Assembly (NCBI RefSeq): GCF_006345805.1
Contig: NC_043021.1
Location: forward strand, 21,948,001 to 22,012,000
Direction: 5' to 3'
From: Octopus sinensis
Lineage: Eukaryota
DNA: 64,000 nucleotides
The translations under genes were made by a program, and so were the position numbers. The notes beneath the pieces were generated by a model, which did not search any database, had not been told where the DNA came from, and worked only from the letters and a program-made list of their open reading frames with translations. This document shows positions 1 to 11,627 of the stretch, piece by piece (the stretch's first letter is position 1; each line of letters begins with the position of its first letter).

Positions 1-110
1 TGCTAGCATGGGTTGGACGGTTCAACTGGGGTCTGGGAAGCCAGAAGGCTGCACCAGGCCCAGTCTGATCTGGCAGTGTTTCTACAGCTGGATGCCCTTC
101 CTAACGCCAA
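1..110 (-). mobile_element. Short copy of the RTE LINE 3' tail (truncated by window edge)
   Basis: Reverse complement of the 28800-29000 LINE 3' UTR (ctacagctggatgcccttcctaacgccaa; tgctagcatgggttggacgg). Confidence 0.8.
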
Positions 111-119
111 ATGTATATA

Positions 120-368
120 TATATAAATATATGAATGTGTGTGTGTGTGTGTTTCTGTTTGTGTGTCTTTGTTTGTCCCCCAACGTCGCTTGGCAACCGA
201 TGCTGGTGTTTTTACGTCCCCATAACTTAGCGGTTCGGCAAAAAGAGACCGATAGAATAAGTACTGGGCTTACAAAAGAATAAGTCCCGCGGTCGATTTG
301 CTCGACTAAAGGCGGTGCTCCAGCATGGCCGCAGTCAAATGACTGAAACAAGTAAAAGAGTAAAAGAG
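120..368 (+). mobile_element. tRNA-derived SINE family A, 3' half
   Basis: Matches the 3' half of the full copies at 19202 and 40184, ending gactgaaacaagtaaaagagtaaaagagt. Confidence 0.8.
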
Positions 369-570
369 TATTTGAAACCAGCCAAATCCCCTCGCATGCA
401 GTGGGATTGAACCCAAAATCATGTGGCTTGGCAAAAAACATTTTATTCACACAACCACACTTGGACCTATGTATGTATGTCCGTCCATCTGTCTGTCCGT
501 CTGTCCATTCCTGGTCACTACAGACATGTTTTTCTCAGACTATTTTTTTCCTTCTCTCTGAACCTTTCCC

Positions 571-599
571 CTTTCTGATGAAGAGCCATCCTCAAAACC
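571..599 (+). ncRNA. Degenerate hammerhead-like motif
   Basis: ctttCTGATGAAgagccatcctcAAAAC: CUGAUGA-A core and a GAG/CUC stem II, but GAAA reads AAAA and no stem I partner is visible. Confidence 0.2.
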
Positions 600-732
600 T
601 CTCACAATCTCTCTTTTCCCCATCTTAAACTTTCTCTGAGCATCAGTCTAATACATTCACCATGCGCATCTTTTTAGCTTTTGTTGTTTTGTCATTTGTC
701 ATTTTTAATTTTTGATTTGTCCACACACACAC

Positions 733-985
733 ACATCATCATCATCATTGTTCGACCGTGGTCGAGACAATGGAATTTACCATGCTACGCCAGACTTCAC
801 GATCCATCATGGCATTACGGAGGTCCTGTTGCTGGATGCCTGTATCCCTGGATATTACATCAGGGTAGGAGAGTGTGTGCCCTCTGGTATTGCGTGTAGA
901 TGGCTTCCAGAGGAGAAGAGTAGAAATTACCTCTTTTTCAGCTCTACAACAATGTCCAGCAAACTGGACTCTCCTACCTTTCACA
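733..985 (-). mobile_element. 3' fragment of an RTE-like LINE with (TGA)n tail
   Basis: ORF 745..1023(-) VKGRRVQFAGHCCRAEKEVISTLLLWKP...DREVWRSMVNSIVSTTVEQ*, followed by a tgatgatga tail; a sister copy lies at 47040-47392. Confidence 0.7.
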
Positions 986-1349
986 AGAGATGACACAGGT
1001 GGTAGTTTCCCATATATTTGCATTTTGGTTGGATGGCGCTTCCACGAGAGATTTTGAGCTCACACACACACACACACATAATAATAGGAATAAAAGGCAT
1101 TAAAATATCCAGGGAGATATCAATAAAGCACTCATATCTGAATGAATTTGGTTCTCTATATCCAATGATCAGACACCAATAGATGCAAGCAGAAAACACA
1201 TCCAAAGTAATTCCTCATGTATGGCCAGTCAATCCAAATATCATTAAGAAGAATTTTGAGAAATTCAGATGACAAAAATACGGATGCATAAAATCACATC
1301 TTTAATTATAGAATCCATTTTACAATACCAACAATTGTTTTTGTTGAAG

Positions 1350-1707
1350 TAACGGGTTCAGTCCCACTGCATGGCATCTTGGGCAAGTGTCTTCTGCTAT
1401 AGCCTCGGGCCGACCAATGCCTTGTGAGTGGATTTGGTAGATGGAAACTGAAAGAAGCCTGTCGTGTATATGTATATATATGTATGTGTGTATATTTGTG
1501 TGTCTGTGTTTGTCCCCCTAGCATTGCTTGACAACCAATGCTGGTGTGTTTACGTCCCCGTAACTTAGCGGTTCGGCAAAAGAGACTGATAGAATAAAGT
1601 ACTGGGCTTACAAAGAATAAGTCCCGGGGTCGATTTGCTCGACTAAAGGCAGTGCTCCAGCATGGCTGCAGTCAAATGACTGAAACAATTAAAAGAGTCA
1701 AAGAGTA
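1350..1707 (+). mobile_element. SINE family A, slightly 5'-truncated
   Basis: ggttcagtcccactgc...cttgggcaagtgtct core, internal TA/TG tract and the family 3' tail. Confidence 0.8.
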
Positions 1708-2079
1708 ACATGTGTAAATATAGAAAATATCTTTGGAATAAATAATTCCCAAAATACATGTTCATACAACAATTTGAAGGCAAACCAAAATTAGTTAAAT
1801 TCAAAAGTGAACCAATGAAATATTTTCAGTACATGAAAGCATACAAAAAAGAACACTAAAAAGAAATATAATCTAAGGAAAGCTGCTTTTGCATTCAACT
1901 ATTGGTGACATCAGCGGATAATGAAAAAATAAATAAATAGACATAAGTATTCTGCGTTATGGCAATTAGAAACATAGAGATTTTGCATCATCATGATTAG
2001 CTATCTATTTATCAAATATATTAAACATTCTTAGTAAAATTATGCTTATTATATAGCATGTGGAAAACAATTATACTCA

Positions 2080-2930
2080 AGAATTGAAATATTTAAAAGC
2101 CTTCTGAAATTTGTGGCAACATTTCAATGTATAATTCCCATTAAAGTTTAATAAAATTAATTTAGAAGTAATTGTATAATACATTTCTTTAAGGCAAAGA
2201 CCACATGTGGAATTGCCAATATTGTACGATGGTGTGTAACTAGTAATGAGCTACTTTAAATCTTACTTAATGTTCCTATCTTTTAAATCCCAAATGTGTT
2301 TACTAGGATCTGTAGAATTAATGTTTCTTCTATAGACAATTTTTCTTTTACAATTACAAAAGCATTTATTCACTTGCATTTGGTACCCATGGTTAAAAGA
2401 ATTCCTACTAGTCCTCTTCTCAGAATTAGGTGCTACAGCAGGAATATTGTTATTATTATTATCATTATTATTGATATTAAAACTAGGTGTTTACTTAACT
2501 GTATTATCAGTGAGAATCACTTAGAAAATCAAAAATCTAATTTAGGAAAATTATCATTAGAATTAATTTCCAAATGCCCATTATTGGTTTTACTCTTGAG
2601 TGTAGATTTTGAGTTGAGATATTTATTTCCTAATTCTTTGTTTGTGTGTGCTGCTATAATCTCAGCTAAATTTCTAGTGGTGGAATATGAAAACTTTATT
2701 CTATGGTGATTAAATAATTTCCCATATTTACTTGAAAGTGGGGAAAAAACCTATCTAGCACAGCAAAGAATTTTGACAAATATTGGTAGTTATTGAATAT
2801 GTAAATGGTGTATTATACCACATAATATTCGTTGATTTATTCTTTCTGTTATTCATATCAACACTATTCTTAGTATTAACATTATGAATGTTGGATTTTT
2901 TCTTGTAATTTTTAGTCTTAAGTTTATAAA

Positions 2931-2992
<62 letters not shown>

Positions 2993-3050
2993 CTTATACT
3001 CATCATACACTTAGTTAGATCTATACATTTTAATAATATGTTCATCTTTA
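2080..3050 (-). pseudogene. Decayed Penelope-like element: linker and GIY-YIG C-terminal region
   Basis: Minus-strand translation across frameshifts gives NIMWYNTPFTYSITTNIC..LDRFFPH..GKLFNHHRIKFSYSTTRNLAEIIAAH and HIWDLK-DRNI...YNIGNSTCGLCLKEMYY....LLN......CCHKF, which I recognise as PLE linker and post-GIY-YIG motifs. Confidence 0.6.
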
Positions 3051-3239
3051 AATCTTAGTTCTTTACCAATCACATTTCAATGGTTATTGTTCTTGTTTTT
3101 ATTTAGCTTAATATAACATGCATATTTTCATTCTAAATTTGGCAGTTTGCATAAATGGAAAAGAAAAAATATTCCATCCAAAATAGAAGTATATTAAAAC
3201 ATTGAGAAATATCAAATAGACAATGACTGAGAAGTAACA

Positions 3240-3395
3240 GTTTGCTCCAAGAAGCTGCACTCATTTTCCACCATGGCCTCAACACAATTCTAGAATCTGG
3301 CACATGGGCTCCTCACTGTTTCTGAGAAGATCTTCGAACACCTTGATCTTGGCCACCAGCTGGATCTTGATATTGCTTAGGATCTTACGCTTATG
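3240..3395 (-). mobile_element. Tc1/mariner-like transposase C-terminal relic
   Basis: Frameshifted LVAKIKVFEDL....C..F.NCVEAMVENECSFLE resembles the mariner/maT C-terminus (compare EAVVEAEAGFIK at 53500). Confidence 0.35.
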
Positions 3396-3826
3396 AGCTG
3401 ATGTGATTAAATAAACATTACACTTGGCTGAATAATCTGAATGCTAAAGTGTTAAATGTCTACATGGAAACAGATAGCACATACCTGCTGTGACTTGCTG
3501 AAGAATGGAGCATGACCAATCATATCTATGAAATGGCTTTCATTCTTTGAATTTTCAAAGCTCATACTATAGCACAAATAATGCATCCTTTATACTTTAG
3601 GCCAAGGAAGTGGTCAAGAGTTATGTGTGCACACACACACATACACTATATATATATATCTATGGCACCCCGTCAATTATGAGAACGAGGGTTCCAGTTG
3701 ATCCTGCTCATGAAATTAATGTGCAAGTGGCTGAGCACTCCACAGACACGTGTACCCTTAACGTAGTTCTCAGGGAGATTCAGCATGACACAGAGTGTGA
3801 CAAGGCTAGCCCTTTCAAATGCAAGT

Positions 3827-3881
<55 letters not shown>

Positions 3882-4424
3882 ACAGGCACAGTATAAGCAA
3901 TACCTTTTTTGTTCTCTTCTACTCAGCTAGCATGTTAAATATGGTAAAAATTAAAGCATATATCTTGAAGATGAGGTGAAAAATAGCTGAGTGAATTAGG
4001 TTTATAGTCAGGAAATGGGAAAAGAAGAAAAGGTTTTTATGTTTCAATTATTCTCTCTTCTTCTGAATGAAAGAATAGAGAAGGAGGATGAAAATATGGA
4101 GAAGGAAAATGGAGAAAAGGATACCTTCTCCGATCTGCTATTCTCTATTGCTAAATTTTTGTATGGATTAGTGTTGGTAGGCGTTACTGCCATTTTTCTT
4201 ATGATAAGATAGACAAGTGCAATTGACATCGTCAGACTCTGACTTAATTTTTACTTTTCAGTAATTAATTAATAATTAATTAATAATTAAGCCCTTCAAT
4301 TCCTGCTTAACTAACTTATTAATCCAATCTCTGAAATTATTTCCATGCCAGTAAAGTTATATTAAGAGATAACATGGGATGCAAATCATTTTTGTTCTTG
4401 TTGATTAATAATTACCATTCTTAG

Positions 4425-4640
4425 TAAGGTAGTGTCCTGGCAGAGTCATTAGAATGCCAGGCAAAATGCCGAGTGGCGTTTTGTCCGTCTTTATGTTCTG
4501 AGTCTCAAGTCCACCAAGGTTAGCTATGCCTTTCATTCTTTTAAGGTTAATAATTTAAGTATCAGTTAAGCACTGGGGTTGATGTTATTAACTTACCACC
4601 TCCCCCAAATTGCTGGCCTTGTGACAAAATTTGAAACCCA
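4425..4640 (+). mobile_element. Old copy of SINE family C
   Basis: ggcagagtcattagaatgccaggcaaaatg...gcctttcattcttttaaggttaataa..aagtatcag: a diverged match to 34277-34512. Confidence 0.6.
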
Positions 4641-5507
4641 CAATTACTATTCTTTTATACTTTCATAACCAATCAAACAGTTGTAGTCATGAAGTTTATA
4701 ACTTTTACATTTGCAGTCAATTATATAAATCAATTGATCGTTATTAGCTTGTTTGCAAGTTATGCACCTGTGGTTTAATATTGATGAGAATATTTTTAAT
4801 TCTATGTTTTTTTTAGTTTGTCATTAGTATTAATTTACTAATTGGTATAATGCATTTGTGGTCTGCTTTGTGTGGTTTTTTGATAATGTCTTCATCAATT
4901 CCGTGGTTTGCATTAATTTGATGGCTATTAACACTTTAGATCTGCATTGAAAAAGTACAGCTCCAGGGAGGCAGATATGTATTTAGACTATCACAGGAGA
5001 GAAACATGGCATATTCTACAAACTAAGCCAACTGACAGGAGACCTAGGGGTAGACCAAGAATGTGATAGTTGGGTGATATTCATAATATCAAAGGTGGGT
5101 AGCTGACCAATTTACTACTGTGCCGGAGTCAATGCTTAGCAGCATTTTGTCAGAGTTCAAATTCTGTCAAAGTAGATTTTGCCTTTGATCCTTTTGATGC
5201 ATGTTAAGAAAATATTGTTATATTTAATTCCGAAGGGAAAATGTTCCATTACTGGGAAGTGACTAGACATGTAGTTTAAACTTTTACAATATAAGAAAGC
5301 AGTAAAACTTAATTTTAGTTTTATCATTAATCATATGCAGTTGAATTATCTAGGACTCAACATTTACTGAAACAGATATTGAATTTATAACTTATTGTAA
5401 ATACTATTTAGGGTTCTACACCTTCGTAAATTTCTTTTTTTATTTTGCCAAATTTGAATGTAATTATTCGTAACTGTTGGTGCCTTGAGGAAATTGGTCC
5501 ACATATT

Positions 5508-5945
5508 CATCATCATCATCATCGCTTAACGTCTGTTTTCAATGCTAGCATGGGTTGGACGGTTCGATGGGGGATCTGAGAAGCCAGGTGGCTGCACCAA
5601 GCACCAGTCTTATCTGGCAATGTTTCTACAGCTGGATGCCCTTCCTAACGCCAAACACTCCGCGATTGTAGCAGGTGCTTTTTACGTGCCACTGGCACAG
5701 GTACCAGGGGAGGCTGGCAATGGCCATGATTGGTTGGTGCTTTTTATGTGCCACCGGCACAGAAGCCAGTCAAGGTGGCGCTGGCATCGGCAACATTCGA
5801 ATGGTGCTTTTTATGTGCCACCAGCACAGGTATCACAACTACAATTTCCATTTGATTTTGATTTTTGATGTTGATGTACTTGACTCGATAGGTCTCCTCA
5901 AGCACAGCAGGTCACTCTACGACTCAATAGGTCTCCTCAATACTC
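5508..5945 (-). mobile_element. RTE 3'-tail element (truncated LINE or tail-sharing SINE)
   Basis: (CAT)n-cgcttaacgtc..tgctagcatggg...gtgctttttacgtgccac repeats; reverse complement matches the LINE 3' UTR. Confidence 0.8.
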
Positions 5946-6077
5946 ATAAATAATTAATATTCAAGAATTGAAATCTTCCTTTTTTTTTTAAATTTATAAT
6001 TACATCCACCTTCTAATTTCATACTAGCTTTTGCAATATGCAAAAGATCCATAAGTTATATTTATTTATATAGTGTA

Positions 6078-6386
6078 CTAGCAGTATTGCCCGGCGTTGC
6101 TCGGGTTTGTAAGGGAAATAACTATATAAGAATTTTTAGAGAGTTACTTCCCTTATATAAACTGAGCAAAAAATGCATTAAAAAAACCAAAAAATGATGG
6201 TAAATTTTTTTTTTAAATCGTAGACTCATCGTAGACACGCGCTAATACCCAGAAGGGCTCGATATGAATCATGATGGTAAGACACCCGCTTTTGGTTAAA
6301 CTGCACCGCAAAATGTGGAGTAGTTAGGAATCTAAATCGGAGAAGACAGACTCTCACACACACAACTTCAGTTTTATATATAAAGA
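6078..6386 (-). mobile_element. Non-autonomous Helitron, 309 bp
   Basis: On the minus strand: A|TCTTTATATATAAAA...cccgagcaacgccggg hairpin, 8 nt, CTAG|T. This gives a 5' TC, 3' hairpin plus CTAG, an A/T target and no TSD. Confidence 0.8.
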
Positions 6387-6484
6387 TTTTCAATTTTGTG
6401 TGATTCTTTGGTGTTTCGTAGCATACTACTACAAGGATTCCTACATACAACAGCTGATTCTCATTCATGCCAGTAAGTAATATG

Positions 6485-6740
6485 TGATAGTTGGGTAATG
6501 TTCATAATATTGAAGGTGGGTAGCTGACTGAATTGCCACACTGTTGGAGTCAAGTCAATGCTTAGTAGCATTATGTCAGTCTGCATGCTCTGAGTTCAAA
6601 TTCTGTCAAAGTTGATTTTGGCTTTGATCCTTTTAAGGTCAATAAAATAAGTACCAGTTGCATGCTGGGATTGATGTAATCGACTTATGTACTTCCTCGG
6701 AATTGATGGCATTCTGCCAGAATTTGAAAGCAATATTCAT
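6485..6740 (+). mobile_element. Old SINE family C copy
   Basis: ctctgagttcaaattctgtcaaagttgattttggctttgatccttttaaggtcaataaaataagtaccag; its upstream flank is also duplicated at ~5060-5200. Confidence 0.55.
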
Positions 6741-6884
6741 AATCTCAAGTTGGTCATACTTAGGAATCCAGATGGAAAAGTGTAATTATGGTTGGTTTGA
6801 TCTGATCCTATGGAGGATACTAACATCCATAACCCTAAGGGTTAATAACATTCATGGCCTTCTCAAGAAAGTGGGTGAAGATGG

Positions 6885-7440
6885 GTGAATGAATGAATGG
6901 TTGGATGGATAGTTGGATGGATGGAAGGATAAATGGAGGGATGGAGGGATAGATGGAAGAATCAGTGGAGGGCTGGAGGGCTGGATGGGGGAATTGGTGG
7001 ATGGATGGATTGCGGGAGGGAGGGAGGGATGGAGGGATTAATGAAGAGATGGATGGAAGAATCAGTGGAAGGAGAGAGGGATGGAGAGCTGGATGGAGGA
7101 ATTGGTGGATGGAGGGATTGCGGGAGGGATTAATGAAGGGATGGATGGTTAGACTGATGGCTAGAGGGATCGGTGAAAGGATGGGGGAAATGGATGGATG
7201 GTTGGAGGGATGGATGAATGGATTGATGGATGGCTAATGGCATGGACGAATTCATGGAGGGATGGATGGAGGGACAGATAAATGGCTTGATGGATGGCTG
7301 ACAGTATGGAGGAAATGATGGATGGATGGATGGTTGGATAAAGAATGGCTGGATGTATGGAGGGAAGGATGGAGGCAGGAATGCATGGAAGGAGGGATGA
7401 ATGGATTGATGGACAGATAAATGAATGAATGGATGCAGTT
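6885..7440. repeat. GGAT/GGAG purine-rich low-complexity satellite
   Basis: gatggatggagggatgg throughout, with an internal ~105-bp duplicated unit (~6950 and ~7055). Confidence 0.85.
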
Positions 7441-7807
7441 TGTGTATTTTTAATAGTTGTGGCATTTGATGTGTTCAGAGTCGTATATCATGTTATATTG
7501 TTGCATGGCTTAAACTATTAGTTTGTTACGGTACCCATTGTTGACTAGTAGAGTTTTTCTCCTCTTATTCTATAGAATTTCTTTTTGATTTAGTGCTTAG
7601 GAGAAACTAAATGCTCTTTTAAGTGAGTGTTTTATTTTTGCCTCTGACATTTTCCATGTCATGTTGACATTTATTCTCTCCGTGTAGAATATGCTCTTTG
7701 AGTTGCAGGCTCTTGCGCAGACAGACAAGATGTTTTTTGTCAATTAGTATCAGAAGGTTTACGTTATAGAAATGGAATCATTGTATCGCGAGTAGATTTA
7801 TTTGCGT

Positions 7808-8275
7808 TGATATCATCATCATCATCACCGTCATCAGCACAGCCTTCCTCCTTTGCATCATCGTCATCATCATCATCATCATCACAATCCTCCTTCTCAT
7901 CATCATCATCATCAGCAGCAGCAGCACAATCCCCCTCCTCCCCTTCCTCCATCCTTTCTCATTTCCCTCTTCCTCCTCTTTCATTTCCACTTCCTCTTCC
8001 CTCTCCTCCTCCTCCTATTCCATCTCCTCCTCCTCTTTCCCTTCCTCCTCCTCTTTCCTCTCCTCCTCCTTCTCTTTCTCTTCCTCCTCCTCTTTCCCTT
8101 CCTCGTCCTCTTCCCTCTCCTCCTCTTTCCCTTCATCCTCCTCCTCCCTCTCCTCCTCCTCTTTCCCTTCCTCCTCCTCCTCTTCCCTCTCCTCCTCCTT
8201 TCACCTCTCCTCCTCTTTCCTCTCCTCTTCCCTCTCCTCCTTTTCCCTCTCCTCCTTTCCCCCTCCTCCTCATCC
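7808..8275. repeat. (CAT)n then (CCT)n polypyrimidine tract
   Basis: Direct reading; it explains the poly-Ser/Pro ORFs. Confidence 0.9.
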
Positions 8276-8644
8276 TTTTAACGTCCACTTGTCTTGCATG
8301 CCTGTAAACACTGTCTAGGATTCTAGCTCAAGTTTCCATGGCATCCAAGGTGGCTGAGATCACCACATTTCTCCCAGCAGAGGATGCCAGTCCATCTCAT
8401 GAAGCATTTTGCTCAAGAACACAACATGTTGTCCCATGATCACTAGTGCAACACCTTAACCACACTAGGCCACATGACTTCATTCTAGCATGAATCCAAT
8501 GGAATTCATTAAGGCAGGAAATCCTTCTTGTTGCCAACCTTTGTTACCAAGCAAGGTAATATTCCTTTCTATTCTAGGCACAAGGCTCGAAAATTTTTTT
8601 TTTTGGGGGGGGGCAATCGATTAGATCAACCCCAGTATGCAACT

Positions 8645-8885
8645 GGTACATAATGAATCCTGTGCAGAAATATTGAGAAATATGCAGTTACTCTATCTAG
8701 ATTACAAGTTCATGTTTATACCTGTAATTATTGGGGCCCTGGGATATGTAACACACTGCCTAAATACCAATCCTGAGAAATTAGGCTTCTCAAGACCAAA
8801 AAGGAGAAAGCTAATTCGAAGACTATAGATCCAATCCATCACTGGAACTGTAAAAATCTGTAAAACTTTCCAGAAGTTTATCATT
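8645..8885 (+). mobile_element. R4/Dong-like (RLE) non-LTR retrotransposon C-terminal fragment
   Basis: EILRNMQLLYLDYKFMFIPVIIGALGYVTHCL...KLGFS...KLIRRL*IQSITGTVKICKTFQKF: IPVIIGALG and GT.KI motifs of the RLE-clade C-terminus. Confidence 0.6.
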
Positions 8886-9359
8886 TAAATATATATGAAC
8901 ATGTTTAGATATGCAACTATATGCATGAGAATACATACATGAAACATACAAATCTGCACATACATACACACATGCAAAAATACCCTGTTGTTGATGTTAA
9001 AATTCCAATGAAGGAGCCTTGGGTCTAGGTTAGAAACCAATTCTTTTTCTATTGGCAAGAAACCTGAATAATCACATACATACATAAAGCAAAGGCATTT
9101 GTTTGCCATTATTGGAAGTGCATGTATATGTTAATATATACAGTATATAGTCATGAGCTACTTATAGTTTCAGACACTGAAGGTCTTATCTAGGCAAGTT
9201 TTAAAACCTCCCTAGGAAATATCTCCAATGTATGAAACTATTAGTAGGTCATTACTATATACTATGTATATTAAACAATATCTATTTCTCACCAGATAGA
9301 GTACTTCTTTGTTGATCCAAACAGAAAAGTAAACTCTCTCTCTCTCAACACACACATGT

Positions 9360-9411
<52 letters not shown>

Positions 9412-9424
9412 ATATATGTATATA

Positions 9425-9623
9425 ACGGGCAGGTTTACGAAAATAAATGAGAGATGAAGGCAGGTGGAGTAACAAACAAACAATGTATTAGTATGGCGCT
9501 CAGGAATAGAAATAAAACAAGTCTTTTACGTTTCGAGCCTATGCTCTTTGACAGAAAGATACACAGAAAAGAAACAAGGAGAGAAAAAAAATTGCATGTA
9601 GGGGCTAACGATCCAGCATGGCG

Positions 9624-9630
<7 letters not shown>
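9425..9630 (-). mobile_element. Short (~200 bp) non-coding element in (TA)n carrying a hammerhead-like motif
   Basis: Flanked by TA tracts on both sides; a homologous copy lies at 36503-36680. Confidence 0.6.
9522..9559 (-). ncRNA. Minimal type-I hammerhead-like fold, U6 variant (G8 mutated in this copy)
   Basis: UCUUU-CUGUCAA-A-GAGC(AUAG)GCUC-GAA-ACGU-A^-AAAGA: 5-bp stem I, 4-bp stem II, palindromic ACGU stem III, GUA triplet. Confidence 0.55.
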
Positions 9631-9659
<29 letters not shown>

Positions 9660-9660
<1 letters not shown>

Positions 9661-9965
9661 TAAATTAGAGACAAAACCACTATTAGGCAAATCAAACAAT
9701 GAAAAACTTAAGCCAATACATATGATTAATTTATATTATTTAAATATGTAACAAAATTATTAAAAACTATAATTAATATCCCACTACGATCGTTTCCTGC
9801 CTGCTGTCTTCAAATTTTTGAGTCACAGTCATTCATCAGGTGGTTTAAATATTTTTCTTGGCGAGGTTTAAACAATGAACTCAATATTTTACTATAAAAT
9901 TGGATTCAATCCTAAATCTGATTTTTCCCTGTAAGTTTGGATTTATTCCCTAATATTTATTATTA
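9660..9965 (-). mobile_element. Short (~300 bp) non-coding element in (TA)n carrying a hammerhead
   Basis: Unique AT-rich sequence bounded by TA tracts and containing the motif at 9781-9843. Confidence 0.5.
9781..9843 (-). ncRNA. Type-I hammerhead ribozyme with canonical core
   Basis: CCAC-CUGAUGA-A-[UGACUGUGACUCAAA AA UUUGAAGACAGCAGGCA]-G-GAA-ACGAUCGU-A^-GUGG: 4-bp stem I, long imperfect stem II, palindromic stem III. Confidence 0.7.
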
Positions 9966-9970
9966 TTGAT

Positions 9971-10027
<57 letters not shown>

Positions 10028-10030
<3 letters not shown>

Positions 10031-10225
10031 TCATCATCATCGTTTAACGTCTGTTTTCCATGCTGGCATGGGTTGGATGGTTCGAATGGGGTCTGGGAAG
10101 CCAGGAAGCTGCACCAGGCCCCAAACTGTTCTGGCAGTGTTTCTACAGCTGGATGCCTTTTCTAACGCCAATCACTCTGAGAATGTAGTGGGTGCTTTTT
10201 ATGTGCCACTGGCACAGGGGGCCAT
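10028..10225 (-). mobile_element. RTE 3'-tail element
   Basis: (CAT)n-cgtttaacgtc...ctacagctggatgcc...gtgctttttatgtgccac. Confidence 0.8.
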
Positions 10226-10320
10226 GCTAGGATGTTGAATTTCAGTATAGAATTGTTTTTACTCAATCTTTTAATTACTCCTCATCTTCTGGTGATACAC
10301 ACACACACGCACACACACAC

Positions 10321-10367
<47 letters not shown>

Positions 10368-10751
10368 CAAACACAGACACACACACACACAGACACACAC
10401 ACACAGACACACACATAAACACACACACAAACTCACTTATCTTGTTGTGTATATTCGTTGCCAACTTACCTGGCATACATCATGTGTTTATATCTTGGTT
10501 TTATAATAATCTCTTTTGTGGTTACACAGAGTGTGGCAAATGTAGACCCCAAGGGACAACCCATGGCTACTCCATCACTGTGTTGTATAAACCACAAGCA
10601 CAGCAATGGCAGTCACTACACAGACAATTAAGATCTACAATAAAATGAGAAATCTATTTATAATGTATTACAAATATTATTCTTAAATAACCAGAAAGGG
10701 ACATACACATAAAGACATACAACAACATATATATATCATCATCATCGTCAT

Positions 10752-11053
10752 CATCGTGACCAACCAGTCTATCAGATGTTGCTACACATCGCTGGTCACA
10801 ATGCTCTTCGCATTGTTTTAGCCTTCAAATGACGCCACCCCACTGGCTAAGGGAGCAGGCCAACAGAAGAAAGAGTGAGAGAAAATTGTAGCGAAAGAGT
10901 ACAGCAGGGACCGCCACCACCCCCTGCTGGAGCTTCGTGGAGCTTTAGGTGTTTTCGCTCAATAAACACTCACAACGCCCGGTCTGGGAATCGAAACCGC
11001 AATCCTACGACTGCAAGTCCGCTGCCTTGACCACTGGGCCATTGCGCCTCCAC
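10752..11053 (-). mobile_element. tRNA-derived SINE family D
   Basis: Minus strand begins gtggaggcgcaatggcccagtggtcaagg...ggtttcgattcccagacc (A and B boxes); homologous to 37433-37735. Confidence 0.8.
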
Positions 11054-11393
11054 TATATATATATATATATATGTATGCTCACATGTTGGTATACATACAT
11101 ATAGGTATTTGTGTGTATATGTATCTATGCACAAGGAATACACACATACACATGTACACATATATACACATGGACATAACAATCACATACATATAATATA
11201 CATAATAAAACACAAATAAAAAGTGCATACACAGACTCCATGCACACACACACACATGCAAAAAACACACCACATACTCCATATACAGGCACACACACAT
11301 TCTATATACATACTTTTCACATATACACACTCACCCTCCAGACACACGCACATTCTATATACATACTCTTCACATATATGCACTCACACTCCA

Positions 11394-11428
<35 letters not shown>

Positions 11429-11509
11429 CACACACACATACACACACCTCACACATGAAACAATTTAAATAACTGTAGTTGCAACAACTAAAGTGTCACA
11501 TGATTAGGA

Positions 11510-11523
11510 AAAGAACAACAACA

Positions 11524-11556
<33 letters not shown>

Positions 11557-11590
11557 ACTAATGCTACTACTACTACCACTACTACCACTA

Positions 11591-11627
<37 letters not shown>

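Noticed and set aside
4015-4212. 65-aa ORF with a hydrophobic C-terminus
   Set aside because: Short, with no recognisable motif or splice support; AT/purine bias explains it.
9003-9050. ccaatgaaggagcct..aggttagaaacc after the R4-like fragment
   Set aside because: It lacks U4/G5 and has no convincing stem I or NUH.
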